Assembly: GCF_964355755.1 (NCBI RefSeq)
Contig: NC_092673.1
Location: 20,829,648-20,893,647, forward strand
Reading direction: 5' to 3'
Origin: Antedon mediterranea
Lineage: Eukaryota > Animalia > Echinodermata
Length of the DNA stretch: 64,000 nt
Below the pieces are notes generated by a model, which saw only the letters and a program-made list of their open reading frames with translations, had not been told where the DNA came from and made no database searches. Positions 53,796-64,000 of this stretch are shown piece after piece (position 1 is the stretch's first letter; each line of letters starts with the position of its first letter). A program made the position numbers and the translations under genes.

Positions 53796-55216
53796 GATAT
53801 TTGTTGTATGAGAGTAAAGTTCAGTAACCTGGTTGCAACTATGTCCCTATGAGAGTGCTCATATATCGAGGTGTCAGCGACACTTGTGTGATATTTAATT
53901 AGAAAGAAATTATTACTATAACTTCATCCTAAAGACCAGAATGTCATTTGAATTTTATCTTAAAACTAATTTAATCATCTCAAAGTTAACTGAAAAGATC
54001 ATAATTATCATCCCCATATCCTGCAAATAGTGGTACATTAACCTATTTAGACTATTATTATCAGTCCTAATGCGAACACTGAGATAAGCTAAATGCTGGT
54101 AAAGTTCTATTGAAGTATCTAAAAGTCTGTCAGTGACTGTCACATTTTGTGAACAACTGAAGTAATCTTTAGCCTTGGGGCTCAGCTCAGTCTTGAATTG
54201 CTTTGTATTTTGATTGAGTTTTACCACCATCTTATACTTTATGATAATTGTGTTTATAATGAATATGTATCCTTATACTCTTCTTCCAACCTTGGATATT
54301 ATAGTTGTTCACTATAATATATATATATATATATACCTTGATACAGTACCGTATTTACAATTGCAAAGGTGCCTAGGTGCATTTATTTGATATTGTTTGA
54401 CATTATTCTTCGTTGTAAATATGACCCAATACCCATGAAAAAGTTATCACATCATATATGATATTCAGTTTAGGAATATTCACGCTGGTAAATATTGATC
54501 AAATGGCAATAGAGCCGAATGATTGGACCAATGATGTGTAGTTAAGATTGGACAGTTGTTACAGCAAACTAAGCTATCAAAGATCATTAAACTTAACCGT
54601 TATATATGTAAATTTACTTAAGCACCAACTAGACAGGGGATATTCACTGATTGACCTAAAAGTCAAACATTTGCAACTATACTGTTTCAATTTGTACACA
54701 CGGTGACCACTCTATCTCTAAAATCACACAGAAATCAACTTTGGTAAGATTTTGTATTCATTTTGATGTTTGATACATGATTAAAACTATTTTAAAGACT
54801 TTTTTAGATAGCAATAACACAGTCGTGTTTATGCTGATTTCTTCTCTCCCTGAGTAGACCCGATTCAGTTGTGTTTTTTCACAGTGGCATCTTCGCATCT
54901 TGCAAATAGCTGGTAAGGTTTCAGTAACTGAAGATTTCAACGTGGGATTTTGTTATAAAGTGTATACTGTGACAATTATCAACTATTAGGCCTACCCGTA
55001 CTGTTTAGACTTAATATATTTTTGTGTTCACGTGTTCACATTAATGTCACGTGTCGAATCGTGCGCAAATTACGTACTCAATTTTCGCGTAGTCTATGTA
55101 TCTTAGTAGTTACACGCCGTGTCGGAATGAAAGGTTGACTATTTATTAATTTTTCTAATTGAAATTGTAGATTGATTGATTGATTAACTGAAATAAACCA
55201 CACCTATTCAATAACC

Positions 55217-57411
55217 ATGCCAAAATCAGATATGGTGAGTTATGTTTGTTGATTTATTTTGCCTAAAATATATTAGGGCCTAGGCCTAGGCCTAGCTTAT
55301 ACAAACCCAGAAATTATAATTATTGAATGAGTTCTGTACCGTTTCGGATATGACATTCAATACATTTCTAAAACCTCGTTTTATTAGCTTTTTTCCTCTT
55401 TTATTGAAAGGGCTAGTTTTATTTCCATATCTTCGCATGTTTACAACGCACAATCAACCCCCCCCCCCCTCCCCACCGTTCATTACAGTAGACGGCACAT
55501 TTAATTTATGTGACGGATATGACACAAAACTGCGGGACAAGCTTTTTCAAAACAAAAACTTTAAAGTTTTAGATTTAATGTATGTATTTTGAAAAATAAA
55601 ATCGTATGAAATCATGATTAACTAACTTTTAATAATATTTTCAATAACAAACAAACTGTTATCAAATATATACGGTGATCATAAAATTGAAGATGTACGA
55701 TGAGGTTTTAGGGGGCTGCCAGAAACAATTTTATAAAAATTAACAATATCAATGTTATTATCTTTGGTTTGTGTAATTAATTATATTTACAATAATGTTG
55801 ATTATGATATAAGTCAAGAATTTTTATTTTTTAATAATGAATTTTCAGTCTCTATCCCACCAAAGTATCGGGACACGATTTTAGACACTTACTGGAGAAT
55901 GACCCAATTATGTTTTGTTTATCTTTTCATCCAGCTCCTTTCTAGTTTTCTAATTATCCATTATAGTTCTAGGGGCATATAGAGCCATGCTTGTACTTGT
56001 AGCCTACAGTAAAATCTTAGTTTATAACCCAACAAAGAGTTTCCTGTTTACAGGAAAGTTTCCCTCTACTGGTGTTCCCAAAAGGAGGTTCTACTGCATT
56101 CAATTACTGTAGGCCTAGGCCTAGGCCTATACTATATCATTTTGCCTCCTGCTAATGATCAGAAGTGTTTTTTAAACATCTCTCACTGGTTGTGTTGTAC
56201 AACAGCATTGAGATTTATTTATAGGTTGTGATATATTTATAAAACTAACTTTTTCATAAATATGCAAAACTACTTGTAACAGATGGTTATACCGTTTAGA
56301 TTTCATTTACCTTTAACAACAATGGTGTGTCTTGAAGTAACTTGACCATTTTTTAATGATAATGTGTTTTATGTTTTAAAGATGCTTGAAGATATAAATT
56401 ATAAACAGGTAAGTTTTCATTCAGTAATAAGTTTCCAATTAACGTGTTTCTAATGTTTTTCATTTTTGAACAGTTTTTACTCACATATTTTACTTTGCTG
56501 AAAAATTAATAAACCGCTTATTTATTTTTTTTAATTAATTGCTATAATTTATTTGACAATTTGATCACGAACGTTTTCCACCATGAAGTCTTTCTCAAGT
56601 GATATTAACATATTAAATATTTGTAGAACAGAAATGACAATTTACCAATAAAAAGGCATATATGAACAAAAGATTACAGATACAAAAAAAAATTGGTATA
56701 TGGAATAAACATGAAATAGTTGTCACCATATTGTTAAAAACAAATGGTGTCCATATTGTGTGTCGAATATTCAGACGTATTTATCGATAACGTAATCGTA
56801 TTATCTTTATGATAATTGAAGTACAGACTAGTACCAAGGGATAAATCAACAAATGCGATTTGAGTGAAATTAGTTGAAACTATGGTTTATTTTATTTTAC
56901 AGAAAGAAATGCATATATAGGCCTAATGCTTCCATTAATACCATAATTAAAACACAATTTATTATGATTTATATATTGAGTTGTGTCTTATTATTAGGCT
57001 ATTTATGTAATTGTATACAATTTCAGAATCGGAAAATTCAAAAGTTGGAACCACCAGAATAAACCTATTTTAAAAAGAATAACATTTTCTAAATGGAATC
57101 CAGACACTTTATATTTTATTGTGAATAATAATTGGGACTATGATACCGTAAATGTGAATTTAACTTTAATCAGGTAAAGAAATGTTTTGCATTGTGGTAC
57201 TGTCAAATAAGGTATTACTATTATTATATTAAATGTAGTCTACTTGTTTACAGACACCAAGTACTAGGAACCTTTTACTAGTAAGTTATTATATCTACTT
57301 TTTTAAATACATGCTGTAGCTCGAGTCTTTAAAATTATTTCTCATCGCAATAAAATGGTTAAGTTTAACTCTTGCTAGGCGTCATTGTACAAGAAAGCCT
57401 ACATGGATATG

Positions 57412-57449
<38 letters not shown>

Positions 57450-60400
57450 TTTATTTATTCACGAGACTGATGGACAGTAAAACTCGTTTAATCAACATTG
57501 ATTGTTTTTACACAAGTTTGTGATATTACAAAATAATCAAACACCAGATAAATACGAAAAAAGAAAGAAAAACATTTGAAAAGAAAATTACAGCAGAATC
57601 CTTTCCATTTTGTTAGAATTTAATGACATAGAAACGATGTACGTTTTTTGTCGAAACCAACCGAATGTTATTCCATATTATGTACAGTAGTATTGTATGT
57701 CTTTCCTCTCAGGGTGGATTGATAGTGTTGGCACTTGGAATTGGTGCAGGAATAGGTATAGGCTACGGGATTGGCTACAACAATGCTGAAGAAGAAATCC
57801 CTACAGGCGACAATGATGAACAAAAACAAGGTTAATTTGCATATTAAAAAATATAAGACATTAGAGGTTTTACGTATTACATAAATCACTTGGACATGCA
57901 AATTAAAATTACATATATTTCTATAATATTCGTTTAAATGAATGTGCAAATTGTTCGTTAACATGAATTTGCATAATGTTCGTTTAAATGAATTTGCATA
58001 ATGTTCGTTTAAATGAATTTGCATAATGTTCGTTTATATAAATGTGGATAATATGTTCGTTTTATATTCTATATAAAGTTCGTTTACATTCTATAATGTT
58101 CGTGTACATTCTATAATGTTCGTTTACATTCTGTAATGTTCGTTTACATTCTATAATGTTCGTTTACATTCTATAATGTTCGTTTACATTCTATAATGTT
58201 CGTTTACATTACATAATGCTCGTTTACATTAATGTCTATAATGTTCGTTTACACTCTATAATGTTCGTTTACATTCTATAATGTTTGTTTACATTCTATA
58301 ATGTTCGTTTACATTCTGTAATTTTCGTTTACATTCTATAATGTTCGTTTACATTCTATAATGCTCGTTTACATTCTATAATGCTCGTTTACATTCTGTA
58401 ATGTTCGTTTACACTAATTTCTATAATGTTCGTTTACACTCTATAATGTTCGTTTACATTCTATAATGTTTGTTTACATTCTGTAATGTTTGTTTACATT
58501 CTGTAATGTTCGTTTACATTCTATAATGTTCGTTTACATTCTGTAATGTTCGTTTACATTATATAATGCTCGTTTACATTCTATAATGTTCGTTTACATT
58601 CTATAATGTTCGTTTACATTATATAATGCTCGTTTACATTAATGTCTATAATGTTCGTTTACACTCTATAATGTTCGTTTACATTCTATAATGTTTGTTT
58701 ACATTCTATAATGTTCGTTTACATTCTGTAATTTTCGTTTACATTCTATAATGTTCGTTTACATTCTATAATGCTCGTTTACATTCTATAATGTTCGTTT
58801 ACATTCTGTAATGTTCGTTTACACTAATTTCTATAATGTTCATTTACACTCTATAATGTTCGTTTACATTCTATAATGTTTGTTTACATTCTGTAATGTT
58901 CGTTTACATTCTATAATGTTCGTTTACATTCTGTAATGTTCGTTTACATTATATAATGCTCGTTTACATTAATGTCTATAATGTTCGTTTACACTCTATA
59001 ATGTTCGTTTACATTCTATAATGTTTGTTTACATTCTATAATGTTCGTTTACATTCTATAATGTTCGTTTACATTATATAATGCTCGTTTACATTAATGT
59101 CTATAATGTTCGTTTACACTCTATAATGTTCGTTTACATTCTATAATGTTTGTTTACATTCTACAATGTTTGTTTATATTCTATATAAAGTTCGTTAGTT
59201 TACATTCTATAGTGTTCGTATACATTAATTTCTATAATGTTCGTTTTCTTGTTACGTGGTTGATATACTTCACGTGAAGTCAAGTTATGGATACAATGTC
59301 TGTGGTTTATACAAAACAATATAGCAATGTATTTTTAATTCTTCAGATAACAACTGTCTCCCGAGTGGACGAAATACGTCATGGTTTACACTGCCTTGTG
59401 CAGATGAAAGTAAATCTACGTGTCCACATGGGTATGTAATGTCATTAAAATAATATCTATTTACTTCGGGGCTATTACATATTGGTTGGACCGAGCCGTA
59501 GTAGGAATTCGTACACGTAATAGTTGTGCACCTAAAGCGTGGCTTTAACTAGGACGTAACGACGTATTGACGCAAATTTCTGTATCGCGTAATCACAAGT
59601 GGGAACCGACGACGCAACAGTGCTGCAAACATCGCAGGTTTGATTTCACGCAGGGAGGCGAACACAATTATCGGAAGGGCATTTTTTAACTTTGCGATGG
59701 TTGTGCTATATTTCATCGCTTGTGGGAACCCAGAATTTTGTTGTAATATCACGTACGCGTACAAATGCAGTAACGGGGGTACAGTGAAAGATCCAGAGCA
59801 GGTGACTTTCCTTATTCATACGGTCATACCTCTTTTTACAGATCAAAATAATTAGTAGGCCTATAAACACACCTAAAATGAATGGACAACGCTTCGAAAG
59901 CCTTTACACCTGCCACTCCTCCAAGTCTAATATTTGCGTACCCCTTTTCAGAATTTCTGGATCCGCTCCGAAATGCAGCGATACCTATTCTAATCAGTAT
60001 TTGACGACCGCTTGGGTAAACTTCAGTCACACATTTACGGTATCTGAATACCATCCGTAAAAGTGGTGTTGTAGAACAAGTTTAATTGCTTCAAAATGTG
60101 AAGTGTATTCCTAACAACACACCTTATTTATTATCAGTTTAACGTTCTTATTACTCTGATAGCCCTCATTAATTAGCTATAACACATTTCATACCATCTC
60201 CAAACTTTAACGATCTAAAGTCCATGGCATTAACTCCATGCTCGCTGCTAACGATCTAAAGTCCATGGCATTAAAGCCATGCTCGCTGCTAACGATCTAA
60301 AGTCCATGGCATTAATATAACTCTATGCTCGCTGCTAAACCTTGTTTCTTGGTATATTTTGTGTTGGTCCAACAAATATTTAAGTCAACTGAAACGAACA

Positions 60401-61840
60401 TTTAAAAAGAAACAAGGCATAATAGGAAGTTGGAATTTGGAAGATCTTAGACTTATATGATGATTGTGTAAAATTAAATTGAAAAGAAAACTAAAATGTT
60501 TTTAAACATTTTATTTTAAAATACTACTGCTACTACTACTATAAAACTATAAAAGAGAAGAAAGAAATAAAAGTAGGTAAAAATAGAAAAAAAAAACAAT
60601 ATTTCAACCAATGTTTTTCCAAAAGAAAAACAAAAAACAAATACAGCTGAGATTATAAGATCAAACGATACGATTGTTTTTGTTATGCACACGCTGTTTC
60701 ACTTATATGTTCGTACGTGTAGGTTAATAATTAAACAAAAACTGCATTAATAAATTGTTTTGTTTAATTTGACAGATATGAAGACCCACCTTTGTTATTA
60801 ATTTCGCTGGATGGATTCCGACCTGATTATCTGACACGAAACAAAGACATGGTTCCGAACATAAATAAACTCAGTAAGTGTTAAAGCACACAGATTACAA
60901 AACTGTAGTTAGATAAATATTTCACCATTAATTGGTCTACTATTATTAAGCTACGGTATCAACTTTTACAAATAAAAATAAAATAGAAAGATATCTAAGA
61001 TAACTCAGCAAAAGTTACCACTAATAATATACTTATATTTAATTTTGTTTAGGATTATAATTTATAGATCTACCATTAGCTAATGATTTGGCATGCAGTT
61101 TTGTTTTTGTTTAGGGGTTGGTATTTGACAAGAAACAGTTCTTATTTTATGTTACCATTATTTTATATTATTGTAAATGTGTGCTTCTCTTATTTCGTGA
61201 ACTGTTTCTAAATAAATGTTGAATGAATGAATTTATTATATATTTTTTAAAAGAATATTGAATAGGCCTATATTTTTTATAACTATTTCAGGAAAATGTG
61301 GTTCATATGCTCCTTACATGAAGCCTGCATTTCCTTCTGTGACGTTCCCTAATCATTATACTATTGTCACCGTGAGTATATGTCCTATATGTCATTAACA
61401 TACTTTTAAGTTAGATTTATTTAGAATAGATCGATAAGAACTCTCAAACAGAGCCTCGATCAGCTGCAGGATAAATCAGTCGATTAGTAAATATTAGGCC
61501 CTACTCTTTCTTTCCAGCTTAAAGCTTGGTTCCCACTAGGACGCAACGCAAGAACGTAAACGCAACGCAAACGTGTTGACAAATGACAAGCGACAGTTCG
61601 AATAATCCATCGCTTGTGATTCGTCAACTCACTTACGTTGCGTTACGTCCTTGTGTTGCGTCTCTAGTGGGAAGCAAGCATTATTAGTTGTCGTTTTATA
61701 TTCCGTCATGTTTTTCCCCGTAGGGTCTCTACCCAGAATCACATGGAATTATTGGAAACAACATGTACGATCCTGATCTTGGTGTGTTTTCACTTGGTAA
61801 CGGTGCAGCTCTTGATAAAAGATGGTGGGGAGGAGAACCA
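55217..61840 (+). CDS. ENPP: Ectonucleotide pyrophosphatase/phosphodiesterase, ENPP1/3-like type II membrane protein; 5' part, continues past the right edge
   Basis: Exons 55217-55234, 56382-56408, 57254-57280 (three short phase-0 exons, moderate confidence), 57713-57830 (TM GGLIVLALGIGAGIGIGYGIG), 59347-59431, 60776-60873 (PPLLLISLDGFR), 61292-61371 (FPSVTFPNHYTIVT, Thr nucleophile), 61724-61840 (GLYPESHGIIGNNMYD...WWGGEP). Confidence 0.9.
57414..57448. repeat. (TA)n microsatellite
   Basis: Perfect TA run. Confidence 0.95.
57950..59245. repeat. 20-bp minisatellite (TTCTATAATGTTCGTTTACA)n with higher-order structure
   Basis: About 60 units. The variant block ATAATGCTCGTTTACATTAATGTCT recurs at ~58213, 58623, 58953 and 59078. 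Confidence 0.95.
60208..60337. repeat. ~41-bp tandem repeat, 3 copies
   Basis: TAACGATCTAAAGTCCATGGCATTAA...ATGCTCGCTGC. Confidence 0.85.
61523..61680. mobile_element. MITE family D, second copy
   Basis: AGCTTGGTTCCCACTAG...CTAGTGGGAAGCAAGC, homologous to 47825-48005. Confidence 0.8.
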
Positions 61841-61958
61841 GTAAGTAACCACTGAACAACATGAAAAGAGGTATAAAAGTCGCGTACTGAAATTGTGTTG
61901 CGCGTATGCGTATCTCTTATTTTTCTTTTATTAATTGGTTGGTGGAATGATGCGTATC

Positions 61959-62602
61959 CGGATATTCACCCCCCTGGACATTTACCCCCCGGAAAACTAC
62001 CTCCCGGACAACCACCACCTGGACCACTACCCCTTTAGGACAACTACCCCTTTAGGACAACTACCCCCGGACAAATACCCCCCGGACAACTACCCCCTTA
62101 GGACAACAACCCCCTTAGGACAACTACCCCCCGGACAACTACCCCCCCCCGGACAATTACCCCCTAGGAACAATTACCCCCTGACAATTACCCCCCCCCC
62201 CGGGTAATTACCCCGCGGACAACTACCTCTGACACAATACTCCCCGTAGGACAACTACCTCCTGGACCTTGACAATATCCGAGGGCAAATAATCTTTTAG
62301 GACAACTACCTCCGTAGGACAACTAACCCGTGGACAACTACCCCCCGGACAATTACCCCCTAGGAACAATTATCCCCTGACAATTACCCCCCTCCCCCCC
62401 GGGTAATTACCCCGCGGACAACTACCTCTGACACAATACTCCCCGTAGGACAACTACCTCCTGGACCGGGACAATACTCCGAGGACAAATAATCTTTTAG
62501 GACAACTACCTCCGTAGGACAACTAACCCCTGGACAACTACCACCCAAAAAACTATCCCTTTAGAACAACTACCCCCCGGACGGACAACTACCACCCAGA
62601 CC
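61959..62602. repeat. C-rich GGACAACTACCCC tandem array, probably the subterminal repeats of a DNA transposon
   Basis: Over 30 units, with an internal ~200-bp higher-order duplication (~62130-62330 vs ~62330-62535). Confidence 0.85.
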
Positions 62603-63234
62603 ATTCAACAACCTGACTCTGCAACAGTGTATAATAGGAATTAATAACTATATTTTAATTCGTTACTTTGACGAATTACTATTCATTATTGTAAACAAAA
62701 GTAAAAGATTGAACATAAATATAGCCTGGTATAAACTGAAGATTGTCACACATGATCATAGGATAGTCGAACGTATTATATAGTACTCCCTGTATTTACT
62801 GTAAAGACTGGGTTCGCTAATAATAATAATAATTTTTGCGTCAGGACAATGCTTCGATAACCACTGGTCTTAAAAGAATTAATTTTTGTCTCAAATTTGT
62901 CATATATGTATTTTTGTACACTTGAAGAATAATATCACTTTGGATATTTGACCTCAATGTTCACTCACCGAATAAACGGCGATCTTTAAATAAATTCCCC
63001 TCAAATAAACGGTGATCATGTCACTCCCAGGAAACATCATATGGAATAATCGGCGTCTATTTCCATTAGATTATACCCCCTCCCATTGAATAAACAACTT
63101 TCTTCCAATAAATGTCCACCTAAAAACCACCTAAACAATAAACAACCCAGGCCGTTTTGTCAATAAATACGGTACTTTAAATCTAGCACATCTAGGGTCT
63201 AGCGTGCTGTTAAACAGAATAATCGGTTAAAAAC

Positions 63235-63997
63235 GGGTGTTTCGTAACTAGAAACCCGAGACCAGAGACCAGAGACCCGAGACCCAATACGAAAAGGGAG
63301 ACCTAAATATATGAAAAGGGAGACCCACATACGAAAAGGGAGACCCCACTCTACGAAAATGGAGACCCCACTATACGAAAAGGAAGACCCTAATATACGA
63401 AAAGGGAGACCTAAATATACGAAAAGGGAGACCCAAATATACGAAAAGGGAGACCCAAATATACAAAATGGGAGACCCAAATATACGAAAAGGGAGACCC
63501 ACTATAAGAAAAGGGAGACCCCACTATACGAAAAGAGAGACCACACTATACGAAAAGGGAGACCCTCAACTCAACTCAACTCAACGTAAACATTTATTTT
63601 CTTTCTTTCATTCAATAATAAAACAAATGAATAAGGTATTAAAAAAAGTAAGTACAAGTTACAAATAATACATTTCATTAATATAATATATAAACACGAC
63701 AGGCAAAGAACATTAGTTCTAAACCGCCCGGTGATATACTGAAATTTTAATTAATCAATTTGAAATGATAAAGATGAGGAAATATAATATAAATATATAG
63801 CCCACATAGACTATTTTTAGTTACACACATATATAAATATACATATTTATATATATAAACAAATCAGGCAAAGAACATTAACATTAATTTAATTATTTTA
63901 TTAATATACGAAAAGGGAGACCCAAATATAGGTCTCCCTTTTCGTATTGGGTCTCGTGTCAGGTCTCTGGTCTCGGGTCTCTAGTTTCGAAACACCC
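63235..63997. mobile_element. Non-autonomous TIR element with internal ~23-bp tandem repeats (TATACGAAAAGGGAGACCCAAA)
   Basis: GGGTGTTTCG.AACTAGA.ACCCGAGACCAGAGACC at left, inverted at the window end. The ORFs here are repeat artefacts. Confidence 0.8.
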
Positions 63998-64000
63998 GTT

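Noticed and set aside
57950-59245. CRISPR-like regular repeat
   Set aside because: Units are contiguous with no unique spacers, the context is eukaryotic and there are no cas genes. It is a minisatellite.
61935-62207. Proline-rich ORF (GQLPP repeats)
   Set aside because: Artefact of the GGACAACTACCCC array. No splice signals link it to ENPP.
63199-63668. Repetitive ORFs on both strands
   Set aside because: Internal 23-bp repeats of a TIR element.

Overview
Very AT-rich, intron-rich animal genomic DNA. The gene set and repeat landscape suggest an invertebrate deuterostome, probably an echinoderm (inference). Six spliced protein-coding genes were reconstructed by hand from GT-AG junctions and frame continuity. 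In order: attractin-like (-, runs off the left edge), NOC3L (+, complete), MRPL43 (-, complete), BNIP3 (+, complete), a secreted proteinase K/aqualysin-like S8A subtilase (-, complete) and an ENPP1-3-like nucleotide pyrophosphatase (+, runs off the right edge). They form three head-to-head pairs. Introns are packed with MITEs (Harbinger-, Kolobok-, Mutator- and Tc1-like), SINEs, LINE and Penelope remnants, and minisatellites. Most notable: a Helentron-type non-autonomous element (HINE) carrying two tRNA-Val(AAC)-like copies; a ~560 bp MRPL43/BNIP3 bidirectional promoter with NRF1, ETS, HIF and FOXO motifs; an AGGCCTAG cluster in the first intron of five genes; repeated local duplications spanning attractin splice sites; a hairpin-ended element with a 9-bp TSD; an ENPP lacking somatomedin-B domains; and orphan exon-like pieces around the ENPP 5' end. 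All coordinates were read by eye and may be off by a few bases.
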